Below, one piece after another: positions 20,389 to 30,346 of a stretch of DNA of 64,000 bases. Under the pieces are notes generated by a model. That model ran no database searches, was not told where the DNA came from, and was given only the letters and a program-made list of their open reading frames with translations. Each line of letters begins with the position of its first letter. Position 1 is the stretch's first letter. Source of the stretch: an uncultured bacterium (GTDB lineage Bacteria; CSSED10-310; CAZUFC01); NCBI GenBank assembly GCA_964619725.1, contig CAZUFC010000038.1, positions 1 through 64,000 on the forward strand, written 5' to 3'. Position numbers and translations under genes: made by a program.

Positions 20389-23300
20389 TTATTTGTTTAA
20401 TTCGCTTCGCAACCTCCTGTATCCAAGAATAATCAATCCCAGAGTAAGAATAAGCGTAAGGGCGCCGTATCCGCCCAGAACGGGAATAGGTGGAGCAGTC
20501 GGGGTCGGGGATTGAGTGGGAGTGGGCGAAGTGGGCGTCATGGTCGGTATTTCCGTGGGCGTGTCTGTGGGGACTTCTGTGGGGGAAGATGTCGCAGTGG
20601 GAGATATTGTGGGAGTTGAGGAAAGCGTGGGAGTAGGGGAGAGCGTTGGCGTAGCGGAAAGCGTGGGAGTGGTTGTGACTGTGGGAGTGGGGGTAACCGT
20701 CAGGGTCGGTGTGACTGTGGGAGTGGTGAGATCGAAATTAATGCCGCTGAGGATGCTTCCGTTCACCGTTATGCCGCTTACGGTTTGTGGTGCGAAACCT
20801 TCGGCACCGGCTGTGACGTCGTAATCGCGGTTGGGCAGCCTGAGTATTTCATAATAACCGTTTTCATCCGTACCGTCCTGGTCAGCGTATCCGTCGTTGG
20901 TGGAGACGGAGGCTCCTTCGATGGGGTCTGAGTTTCCGGCTTCTCTGACGTAACCGGTGATGCCGCCTCCCACGTCGAAGTTCCAGTTCCAGCCCGGACA
21001 ATCCCAGCAATTGGCGTAATCGGCCGTTTCGTGGGCTTCCACGGTAAACTGTATTGACGGGGCTCCCGCAGGAACAGTGTAATGCCAGGTGTGGAAATGG
21101 TCCGTATTATGTTCCATGGTCGTGATCCAGTCTTCGCCGGTGACATGCGTATCATATTCGGCCGTTCCCGTATCGCCGTCGGTGTCTACTTTAAGAGTAT
21201 AGGTGATGTTGTAACTGTAGAACGGATGGGGATTCTCGCCTCTGATCCTGATTTTGGCCGTTTCGCCGGGATAAAAGACGCTTGTGGGTTCTTCGTCCAT
21301 ATTCAACACGGTCACGGACTGCACGCGGGGGTCGAGATCGAAGGTGTATCCCGCGCACATGCTGGGCAGGTCCGGCGCCAGGGCGTCGGCTTCGGTCTGA
21401 CTGTGAGCGCATACGTTCAGGGTCATATCCTCCAGCGTCAATACCACCAGTGAGTTCGTGCTCACCACGTAATGGCCGCCGTTGAAGTGCTGCGTAACCA
21501 TGGACAGCGTATTGGAGGCCGAACCTCCCGGACTGACGTTCAGATATCCCGGATCGAAGGCGAATCCGTATGTGCCGCTGGGCACTATGTCGTCCAGTTC
21601 GCCTATGAGGTTGCCGTTCATCAGAATGTCAACGTAATGAGGCCGCACGCCGCTTCGAGGTTGAAACGTGGTATAGACGACAGCGGTATCGATTTCGGCC
21701 AGGGCGTTCACGGAAACCTCGAAAGACATGGATATGGAGGGCCGGTTTGTGCAGAACCAGTTGGCCATGGGATAACACAGTTCCGGAGCTGCCACGACGA
21801 CTTCCCAGAGAGACCGGGGCGAAGCGCAGTCGAAATTCAAAGGAAGCAGGACCTCTTCTCCGGCTGCGGTTGCGGCTATCTGCCCTGATAGCGAGGGCTG
21901 ACCCGATTCAAAAAGAGGTTCCACGTCGAAGTCTATCTGGTCTTCATTTTCCAGTCGATAATGATCGATCCGGGGTATGAACAGGACTCGGCCGGTCAGA
22001 TCGTCTGTCGCGTTAACCGAAAGATCGGTCAAGGCATCGCCGGAATTGGACACACGGCAGTATTTTACTTCCGTCACCGGGTCGGAGCCTTCTTCGGTCA
22101 AGGAAAAGGCGATGTAAGGCCAGGTGACGCACACCGTCGTCGGCGCCGCATCCGTGATGGGAGCTCCCGCTTCGTCCGCTGTCAGTGAAATCATCAGGTC
22201 GTCGAAGCACACTTCAACCTTGCTTCCGCCTTCGCCCTGGACGTCCTGGGCGTGAATCACCAGTTCCACGTCGCGCGTTTCTCCCGGAGAAACGTTGACG
22301 GTTTCGTCTTCGCTTCCCGGTCCCACGAAATTGACGATCAGCTCGTCATTGGGATTGTCTATGTGAAGTTCGACCGTATGGGCGACATCATCTTCATTGT
22401 GCACGCCGACCCATACGTGTTGGTCGTAATCCCTTTCCACGGTGAAGGTATAACTGTCTTCAGTGAAGACCACTCCGTTGCCGATGGTGAAGGTCCACGT
22501 ATCCGTCGTCGTATTGCCGCATACTGATTCCAGCTCAGCGTACCATTCGTATGTCGCGTTGCGTTCGAGCCCTCCGATTTCCGTCTGGTGCGTCATGACG
22601 TCGACGCCGACAGAAGCTTCGGTCCAGGCCGGCGCGCCCAGTTCACGGTAAAACAGCGTCGAATCGGCCGGTACGGAGGAATGCCAGTTGAATGTGACGT
22701 CGTTGCTTCCCGTGGTGGTCCCGTTTGCGGGATTTCGTTGCGTTACGGCTATGTCCGTGCTGACGGTCAGATATCCGTCGTCCGTATATTCGTCGCCCAT
22801 CTGCAGGGACGTCGCCGCCGCCTGGAATGAATAATCGCCGACCGACGAGCATTCATCCGGCACGTTGACCGTCATGGTCGCGCCGTTCGTCTGTCCAGCA
22901 TTCAATACCAGCGGATCGGGAGAAACTTCATACCATCCCGAAGGCAGCGAGCCTGTTATCTCTATGTCGAACGTGTCGATTCCCAGGTTGCCGTTGCTTA
23001 TCTGTATCTGATATTCGACTTCCTCGCCGATGTCGGCCTCTGTCGTTTCGGGAATAACGCTCATAGTCACGCTTCCCGGACAATACATGATCGGCGCGTT
23101 CCGGGAACCCGCATTATTGCTTTCGTTTGATTCGGTCACTTCATCGAAGATGTCGGCTTCAGCGGATATCACGGCGCCGCAGGCGGCCGTCCAAGTCTCC
23201 GATACCATGTCCGATTCGCCCGGATTCAAAGGTCCGGCGGTATGATCGCTGCCGATCTGCACCGGTCCGGCTCCGTAATCAGCGTAAATCCTTACCGTGA

Positions 23301-26300
23301 AAGTCCCGCATGCAGCATCGCCGTAATTCCATACGGTCGCCGTGACCGTAGTCGCTTCGCCTTCATCTGGATACGAAGGATCGAAGTCTATGTCCTGGCT
23401 TCTCACTTTCAGGTCAGGAACAGGCGTAGGGGTATCCGTGGGAGTCGGCGTAGGCGTTGACGTGCCGATGGCTGTGGGCGTGGGCGAGTGAGTGAACGTC
23501 GGAGTTTCCGTCGGCGTACCGGTCGGTTCCGGGGAAGGTTCTGTCGTCGGTTCGGCCGTCGGTTCCTGGGTGGGAATATCCGTCGGTTCAGGACTAGGTT
23601 CCTGAGTCGGTATTTCCGTCGGCGCCTCAGTAGGAATGTTTGTCGGTTCCTGAGTCGGTATTTCCGTCGGCTCCGCAGTAGGAATGTCCGTCGGTTCCTG
23701 TGTCGGTACATCCGTCGGCTCTGCAGTGGGTATATCCGTGGGTTCGGGACTCGGTTCCTGCGTCGGCGCCGTGGTCGGCGGAGGCGTCGGTTGAGTCGTC
23801 GTGCCCTGGGTTACGAAAGGCGTCCGGGTTGCAGTCGGTTGCGGACTGGTTATCGGTGACCTGGTGGGAGAGGCGAGAGGCGTCGGTTGAAGGCATTTGA
23901 AATAGGAAACCCTGCCTGAAGAGCTATAATTGTCGTAACCGTAAGCGCCCACTATGACTTCGTCAAAGTCGTCTTCGTCGACATCTGCGCTGTCGACTGC
24001 TGCGCCTAAATATTCTTTATTCGAACCGTAAACAAAACAGTATGGAGACGTTTCCGGTCCTGTCGATGAACCGTAATAGACGAAAACGGCTCCATTATTG
24101 TTGTCGTAGCCCTGCATGCCGACAATAATATCGTCATAAGCATCGTTGTTCATATTTCCTGACGAAACGCTGTATCCGTAATCATACCATTCGTCCCCTT
24201 CATCCTGCCAGACAGGCGTCGAGTTTAATCCTGAACTCGAACCCAAATATGCGAAAGCTCCGCCGTAATTGTCATAATTCTTCGCTCCGACGACGACATC
24301 GTCATAACCGTCGGCATTAACGTCTCCAGCCGTTGAAACGGAATTACCGAAAAAGCAGTGACCCTGAGGATCGTCACCGGATACTCTCCAGGAATAAGAC
24401 GATTCCAGTCCAGAATTCGTTCCGTGAAATACATAAGCATGACCGCATTCGACCTGACCGCAACCGCAACTGTCATAATCAGGCGCACCGACTATAACAT
24501 CGGCGTACCCGTCGGCGTTGACGTCGCCGGCATCCGAAACCGACCAGCCGAATCTTTCCTGGCTTTCAAAATTTCCCGCTTCCCAGGCAGGTGAATAACT
24601 CAATCCTGAAGAAGAACCATGATATCCGTAAGCGTACCCCGCATCACTGTTGCCCCCGTACCTGGCGCCCACTACCACATCGGCATACCCGTCATTGTTG
24701 ACGTCGCCTGCTGTGGACACGGAACAACCATAATCCGCATCATAAGAATCAGACCAACCTATCCAGTAAGCCATTCCATCCAGCCCGGTTGATCTCCCGT
24801 GATACACATAGGCTGCTCCGCCCTGATGCTCATTAGTCGAACCGCTGGCGCCGATAATCACATCGTCATATCCGTCATTGTCTACATCTCCGGCCGTTCC
24901 GACGGAGTAACCGAAATTGGCGTGACCTTCAATGCCGTTTTCCGACCAGGAAGGATTCCAATTCAGACCCCATCGGCGTCCGTGAAATACGAAAGCGCGT
25001 CCTACATTCCATCCGCAGATATCATAATAAGGCGCGCCCACAACTATATCTTCGTATCCGTCAGCATTCACATCTCCTGCAGACCCTATGGAGAATCCAA
25101 GCATTTCTCCCTCCTGAGGACCTTCATAATGCCAATTGTCGATCGGTTTCATCCAGACCTGCGAAAAATTCGATGCATTATAAACCGTTGCCTTGCCTTC
25201 ATTATCGTTGCCGTTTACGCTGTGAAGCCGAGACCCTGCTATGATATCGTCCAGTCCGTCTCCGTTGAAATCGCCCGCTCCTACAGACCATCCCAGCTCT
25301 TCCAAAACACCTCTTTTACCGTAAGCCACACAATCAGGATTAAAATAATACTCCAGCCCGAAAGTCGCTCCGTAAAATACGAATACAGCCCCCTCATTTT
25401 CATTGTAAGCCTTCATTCCCACTATTATATCGTCATAATTATCGTCGTTTATTCTTCCATAGGAGAGACTCGATCCGAATTCGCCGTACCGGGGACCGTT
25501 GAATCCGCGATTCGGGTAAATTCCTGTCGGTCTCCCGTTATAATAGAAAACGCGACCCACAGCATGACAACCGTAGCTTTTCGCTCCAACGATTATATCC
25601 GAGCAACCGTCGCCCCGGAAATCACCCGCAGAAGAAACCGCTGTTCCATATTCGCTGCCCTGTTCATCGCATGATTCCGTCCAGAAAGGAGTTGAATATA
25701 AACCTGATGCGGAACCTTTATAAACATAAACACGACCGTATTCTCCGCAATTGGAATATCCGGGCGCTCCCACGATTACATCCGCATAACCGTCACCGTC
25801 GACGTCACCCGCTGAACTCACCGCTTCGCCGAATCGCTCGCCATATTGTCCGCCTTCCGCGTCCCAATTGTACGATGACTCAAGCCCTGATGCAGAGCCG
25901 TGGAATACGTAAACACGTCCCGAATTGTCGTTGTCGTATAAAGGCGCTCCCACGATGACGTCGGCATAGTCGTCCTGGTTGACGTCGCCCGCAGAAGCCA
26001 GAGAATACCCGAATTCAGCGCTCCAGTGGCTGCAGGCATAATTCCATCCGGCCGTCGTGTTCAACCCGCTCGCCGATCCGTGATAAACATACGCTTCGCC
26101 TCCGGGTGCGCAGCAGGAGGCTGAAATGGAACCTATTATTACGTCGTCGTAACCGTCATTATTGACGTCGCCGGCTGAGTTCACAGAATGACCTAATCTG
26201 CTTCCTGATCTCGGTCCGTATTTAGTCCACGAGGGTGACTGTTCAGGCCCCGCAGACGAACCGTGAAATACGAAAACCCGCCCTACATTGCTGGAGCAGG

Positions 26301-27180
26301 TATCATAGTTTGGAGCGCCAACGATGACGTCGGCATATCCGTCCGCATTCACATCACCCGCCGATGCCGTCGAATAACCCAAATATTCATTATTCTGTTC
26401 TCCCTCGTATTCCCACAAAGGCGTCATTATCGGCGCCGTGTAACTCGGATCGATGAAAACCGGGTATTCGGCAGCCTGGTCCTCCAGCATGATCCTCAGC
26501 CGGTCCCTTTCAGCCCCGTAATCAAACCTGCATTCCAGTTCCGCACCGCCTGAATCAATTGTATAAAGATCGCTCGCCTGAAGAACGAGCCTCCCCCCGG
26601 TTTCATAAAAATTTATCGAATCGCCGGCCGGCGCTATTTCAAAAGTTAGATCGCCGGAAACCTTCATTTCAATCCAGAATGATTCCCCGGACGCTCCGGC
26701 AAGTCGCTCAACTATCGTGAATCCCTGCTCTAAACCGGAGTCGCTGTTTAAATACCACTCGGTCAACCCCGAACAATCATACTCCACACGATTGTCAAAC
26801 ACTGCAGGCGCTCCGCGAGTCAACGCATGAAATGACTTTCCCCGTCCGTATCCTTCAGGCGTCAATACGCATTTCCAGTCTTCCTCGCTTTTTCGTGACG
26901 TTATTACGATCCTGTCATCCATAAAATATGTCCGAAAATTATAAGCCCGGTTCGGCGCCTGGTAACTGGATTCAACTCCCTCAACAGGCGACCTGTCGCT
27001 CATGGTCACATTGTATTCGGATTCCACCAGATGCTTCTTCGCCATGCTCCACCATCCGTCGTTCAATGTCGCTGCTCCGTAATCTTTATTACTGTCGACC
27101 GTATCACCTGCGGCATGAACTGCTGACGCCAAACATGACGTTATCGCCAATAAGATTATTAAAAACTGAAATTTCCTCAT
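20389..27180 (-). CDS. Giant secreted protein: 14 FG-GAP repeats, Pro/Thr/Glu linker, CARDB and Ig/FN3-like domains, carboxypeptidase-regulatory-like domain, IPTL-CTERM-like tail
   Basis: Signal peptide; N-domain ending YPVFIDP; 14 G.SV..AGD.N.DGY.D..VGA repeats; PDL.V...V.ESNESNN (CARDB); C-terminus PIPVLGGYG-hydrophobic helix-YRRLR. Confidence 0.9.
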   Translation of the reverse strand: MRKFQFLIILLAITSCLASAVHAAGDTVDSNKDYGAATLNDGWWSMAKKHLVESEYNVTMSDRSPVEGVESSYQAPNRAYNFRTYFMDDRIVITSRKSEEDWKCVLTPEGYGRGKSFHALTRGAPAVFDNRVEYDCSGLTEWYLNSDSGLEQGFTIVERLAGASGESFWIEMKVSGDLTFEIAPAGDSINFYETGGRLVLQASDLYTIDSGGAELECRFDYGAERDRLRIMLEDQAAEYPVFIDPSYTAPIMTPLWEYEGEQNNEYLGYSTASAGDVNADGYADVIVGAPNYDTCSSNVGRVFVFHGSSAGPEQSPSWTKYGPRSGSRLGHSVNSAGDVNNDGYDDVIIGSISASCCAPGGEAYVYHGSASGLNTTAGWNYACSHWSAEFGYSLASAGDVNQDDYADVIVGAPLYDNDNSGRVYVFHGSASGLESSYNWDAEGGQYGERFGEAVSSAGDVDGDGYADVIVGAPGYSNCGEYGRVYVYKGSASGLYSTPFWTESCDEQGSEYGTAVSSAGDFRGDGCSDIIVGAKSYGCHAVGRVFYYNGRPTGIYPNRGFNGPRYGEFGSSLSYGRINDDNYDDIIVGMKAYNENEGAVFVFYGATFGLEYYFNPDCVAYGKRGVLEELGWSVGAGDFNGDGLDDIIAGSRLHSVNGNDNEGKATVYNASNFSQVWMKPIDNWHYEGPQEGEMLGFSIGSAGDVNADGYEDIVVGAPYYDICGWNVGRAFVFHGRRWGLNWNPSWSENGIEGHANFGYSVGTAGDVDNDGYDDVIIGASGSTNEHQGGAAYVYHGRSTGLDGMAYWIGWSDSYDADYGCSVSTAGDVNNDGYADVVVGARYGGNSDAGYAYGYHGSSSGLSYSPAWEAGNFESQERFGWSVSDAGDVNADGYADVIVGAPDYDSCGCGQVECGHAYVFHGTNSGLESSYSWRVSGDDPQGHCFFGNSVSTAGDVNADGYDDVVVGAKNYDNYGGAFAYLGSSSGLNSTPVWQDEGDEWYDYGYSVSSGNMNNDAYDDIIVGMQGYDNNNGAVFVYYGSSTGPETSPYCFVYGSNKEYLGAAVDSADVDEDDFDEVIVGAYGYDNYSSSGRVSYFKCLQPTPLASPTRSPITSPQPTATRTPFVTQGTTTQPTPPPTTAPTQEPSPEPTDIPTAEPTDVPTQEPTDIPTAEPTEIPTQEPTNIPTEAPTEIPTQEPSPEPTDIPTQEPTAEPTTEPSPEPTGTPTETPTFTHSPTPTAIGTSTPTPTPTDTPTPVPDLKVRSQDIDFDPSYPDEGEATTVTATVWNYGDAACGTFTVRIYADYGAGPVQIGSDHTAGPLNPGESDMVSETWTAACGAVISAEADIFDEVTESNESNNAGSRNAPIMYCPGSVTMSVIPETTEADIGEEVEYQIQISNGNLGIDTFDIEITGSLPSGWYEVSPDPLVLNAGQTNGATMTVNVPDECSSVGDYSFQAAATSLQMGDEYTDDGYLTVSTDIAVTQRNPANGTTTGSNDVTFNWHSSVPADSTLFYRELGAPAWTEASVGVDVMTHQTEIGGLERNATYEWYAELESVCGNTTTDTWTFTIGNGVVFTEDSYTFTVERDYDQHVWVGVHNEDDVAHTVELHIDNPNDELIVNFVGPGSEDETVNVSPGETRDVELVIHAQDVQGEGGSKVEVCFDDLMISLTADEAGAPITDAAPTTVCVTWPYIAFSLTEEGSDPVTEVKYCRVSNSGDALTDLSVNATDDLTGRVLFIPRIDHYRLENEDQIDFDVEPLFESGQPSLSGQIAATAAGEEVLLPLNFDCASPRSLWEVVVAAPELCYPMANWFCTNRPSISMSFEVSVNALAEIDTAVVYTTFQPRSGVRPHYVDILMNGNLIGELDDIVPSGTYGFAFDPGYLNVSPGGSASNTLSMVTQHFNGGHYVVSTNSLVVLTLEDMTLNVCAHSQTEADALAPDLPSMCAGYTFDLDPRVQSVTVLNMDEEPTSVFYPGETAKIRIRGENPHPFYSYNITYTLKVDTDGDTGTAEYDTHVTGEDWITTMEHNTDHFHTWHYTVPAGAPSIQFTVEAHETADYANCWDCPGWNWNFDVGGGITGYVREAGNSDPIEGASVSTNDGYADQDGTDENGYYEILRLPNRDYDVTAGAEGFAPQTVSGITVNGSILSGINFDLTTPTVTPTLTVTPTPTVTTTPTLSATPTLSPTPTLSSTPTISPTATSSPTEVPTDTPTEIPTMTPTSPTPTQSPTPTAPPIPVLGGYGALTLILTLGLIILGYRRLRSELNK

Positions 27181-27550
27181 TTAATTGACCCTCCCGCTAA
27201 ATCCATGGAAAATAATTCGCTGCTTATATTTTTCACCGTAGTCATGAAGAATCTGAAAATATCAGCGAAGGCTTCACCCTTCCATTCTTCACGACTGACG
27301 TTCAAAAAATCACTGATAATAAAAGAAAAGGAAACCATAAAATCCATTCAGCAAAAAAAATCAAGATTCAAAGGTCACAAACGACCCTATCATTCCATTA
27401 TAAAAATGGATTTATGGAATGCAAATGACCAGTAAAATATTTTTCCCGCAGCAAAGTTAAAAATACGCTCATTTACGAATTCTTATATTTATCGCTTCTC
27501 TTTGAAGGGATCAGGAATTATACTGAACAAAGGGGGTAAAGCCGTCGCAG

Positions 27551-29647
27551 ATGGAGGCGAGTCGCCGTAAGGCGTTTCAACCGGTTCGATTGCAAATGCG
27601 GAAAATAAAGAAAAAAATAGAGTCCTCACTTTCCATGCAGGAAATTGTTCTGACGGTTTTGCTCTATTTGCCGGTGATATTGGTCATGACCTGGCCCCTG
27701 ATCGTCAATGTCTGCGATCATATTCCCGCAGGGAGCGAACCGTCGACGGTATCGCTTCATCAGCTATTCCTGATGGAGTGGAATGCGGAATATTACCGCG
27801 GGGAGGTTTCTTACTGGGATGCGCCGTTTTTTTATCCTCATGAAGGAGTGTTCGCCTGGTCGGAACCTCAACCCTTATCCGGTTTGATTTTCACTTTATT
27901 GACATTTGCCGGCGCGGGAAACGCTCTGGCTTATAATTTACTGGTTCTGTTTTATTTATCAGCAGCAGCCTTAACCACGTATTGCCTGGCGCGTCAGGTT
28001 ACTCCGGACAGGGCTGCCGCGTGGATCGCCGGCTTCTGGGCGGCTTGCGGCGCTTACGTCATGCAGCAATTCGCTGTGCTTCACCTTTTAGCGGTTATTT
28101 TTCCTCTCCTGGTTATCTATATGATCGTGGATATGCGTCGAAACGGAGGAAGGCTGGCCAAATTATTTACGCTTGCCGCAGCTTATACAGGAACCTGGCT
28201 GACATGCGCTCAGTTCGGTCTTATGCTTACGATCCTTCTGCCCGTTATGACCGCGGCTTTTTTACCAAAAACTAAGGCCGGCTGGAAAAGCGCTGCCGGC
28301 GTTTTTCTTATTGTCGCTGTTTGCCTGCTCAGTTTGAGTCCGTACCTGATCACTCAAAAATCCCGTCTGGAAGTCATGGGGATGGAAAGGACCCTGAGTG
28401 AAATCCAGGGAAATCTCTACTGGCAGGACCTGGTATTGCCCCCCAAAGGTCACTGGCTTACGGGAAAAATATTCGGTTTTGACCAGAGGACCGACGTTTA
28501 TTCCTGGGATATTGGAATAGTCAATTTGCTCATTATAACCGCCGCGCTGGTTTTGGGGATTCGCCGGACGTTTCGCTATGATTATGTCGCCGGCGGCATA
28601 GTCAAAGGCTACTTTGTACTGGCTGCAGCAGCCCTGTTTCTGGGTTTCGGACCCAGAATAAGCCTTCTCTTAGACCGCAAATTAGTCGGACCCTACGTGG
28701 GTTTGACGAAAATAATACCCGGACTGGTCGGTATAAGATCACCCGCTCGTTTTTCCGTTTTCGCTTATATCAGCCTGGCTGTCATAGCCGCCTGGGCCAT
28801 CGCCTGGATGCGCCGAGTCGCAGGCGGCAAGCGGAAGCGTCTCACTTTGACTATAGGAATAATTGCAGCTTTTATCGCCGAAGCCTGGTCTCTTCCCATT
28901 CCTCTTGCCGATACGGGCGAACAATCCCGTGCCTATGGAGATTTTGTCCGGCATATCAGCAGCATAAAAGATAATAGTCCCGTACTGGAGTTGCCGCTTC
29001 CCGCAGGCGGAAGGCCCGCGGATTTGGAAAACGAGGTTAAAGCCATGCGACGCGCGTTGAAGCATAATCATCCCATTATAAACGGTTATGCCGGATATTT
29101 TCCTGAACCTTACTGGCAGCTCGATCAGGCCCTTATCCGGGACCCCCAGGGAAAAGGATTGCGCTTCATACAGGCTATGAACGTCAGGTATGTCGTCCTT
29201 AATGAAAAAACTACGCCCCCGTTTATCAAAAAAACTCTGCAGGAAATCGCCGAACTGAATTGTCGCTATAACCATTTATCTCTGCTCGAAATCAAATCCA
29301 GGCTGCACAAAAAAGCGCCTCCTGAATTGCCGGCGCAGAGCAAACTCAAGATAAAACCCTATCCCGGAGATATACTCCGCATCCAATTGGATAAACCGGC
29401 AGAGACTCCTTTCCTGATGTTGCCGGTTACCTCCAGAAGCATTGACGTTAAATATAAAACCCAAAGCGAAAACAATCGGGTGTATGACAAGCTCAAAATA
29501 TCCGGGTCTCTTTTGCTGGATGAAAATCAGAAATTCATTTACCTGCTTCTCCTGAACAAACCCCTGTGGGAACCAACCGGGCAGACAAGACTGATAGCGG
29601 AATCAGAAGCCAGAAGAAGAAGCGAATTGCCATGGCCTTTTGACTGA
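27551..29647 (+). CDS. Multi-pass membrane protein, GT-C/YfhO-like glycosyltransferase candidate
   Basis: Many TM helices; WDAPFFYP...WSE, IRSPARF, PVLELP, PIINGYAGYFP motifs; start may be 27596 or 27635. Confidence 0.65.
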   Translation: MEASRRKAFQPVRLQMRKIKKKIESSLSMQEIVLTVLLYLPVILVMTWPLIVNVCDHIPAGSEPSTVSLHQLFLMEWNAEYYRGEVSYWDAPFFYPHEGVFAWSEPQPLSGLIFTLLTFAGAGNALAYNLLVLFYLSAAALTTYCLARQVTPDRAAAWIAGFWAACGAYVMQQFAVLHLLAVIFPLLVIYMIVDMRRNGGRLAKLFTLAAAYTGTWLTCAQFGLMLTILLPVMTAAFLPKTKAGWKSAAGVFLIVAVCLLSLSPYLITQKSRLEVMGMERTLSEIQGNLYWQDLVLPPKGHWLTGKIFGFDQRTDVYSWDIGIVNLLIITAALVLGIRRTFRYDYVAGGIVKGYFVLAAAALFLGFGPRISLLLDRKLVGPYVGLTKIIPGLVGIRSPARFSVFAYISLAVIAAWAIAWMRRVAGGKRKRLTLTIGIIAAFIAEAWSLPIPLADTGEQSRAYGDFVRHISSIKDNSPVLELPLPAGGRPADLENEVKAMRRALKHNHPIINGYAGYFPEPYWQLDQALIRDPQGKGLRFIQAMNVRYVVLNEKTTPPFIKKTLQEIAELNCRYNHLSLLEIKSRLHKKAPPELPAQSKLKIKPYPGDILRIQLDKPAETPFLMLPVTSRSIDVKYKTQSENNRVYDKLKISGSLLLDENQKFIYLLLLNKPLWEPTGQTRLIAESEARRRSELPWPFD

Positions 29648-29969
29648 CGGGTTTCGACGCCATTCCAGCTCGTTTATGCATTAGAAAATGCGGCGCCTTG
29701 CCGGCATCAAAATTTGGGTTGTGGTTTGAGCTTGCGATAGGTACCGGTTCTTGTCAATGCGTGATGTTTCGTTGATGAAAAAACAAATCCGGCATCTGCG
29801 CATGATCAAACTGCTTTTGAAAAAAATATTATCGCGTAATCGCGTGAATTTACGCCAAAATTGGAGAGAAGAAGGATTAGTTTTTTCTTTTGAAAACTTG
29901 ACAGGGCACTGATAGTAGGTTAAACTGACCAAGTTACAATCACCAGTACTTACCCTTTCAACAGGAGTC

Positions 29970-30227
29970 ATGATGTTCAGGGGAGAAGGAAACGAATCTA
30001 TTCTGAAAAGATTCACGCTGCGGAACAGTGCGGCTGCTTGCGGAATGGCCGATGCATTTAAATGCCGGGAATTTTCCGATCCCAGGATAACCGAATGCAA
30101 TATCGCTGAAAATATCGCTCAGCGCTGCCGAAGGGTCCGCACTTTTACTGCCGCTCCGCATATGATCGATGCATCATTGTTGCGTAAACAAAAGGAGACA
30201 GTCATTAAAAGGATTTGTCCCGGATGA
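29970..30227 (+). pseudogene. Degenerate fragment paralogous to the C-terminal beta-helix of the adjacent 30347 gene
   Basis: FRGEGNESILKRFTLRN / CREFSDPRITECNIAEN / AAPHMID vs FRGEGNDSIISGLTVQN / CRDFSNPTITNTDITLN / ASPHLIE at ~36470-36820, with an internal deletion. Confidence 0.65.
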
Positions 30228-30346
30228 CGTTTCGCCTATATTTTTATTGAGTTCTTTTCAGGATGTTTGTTGTTTATTGAGAGAAAGAGGAACATTTTTT
30301 GTTTTTAATATTATGCAATAAAACCAGTAAATGGAGGAGGATTAAG

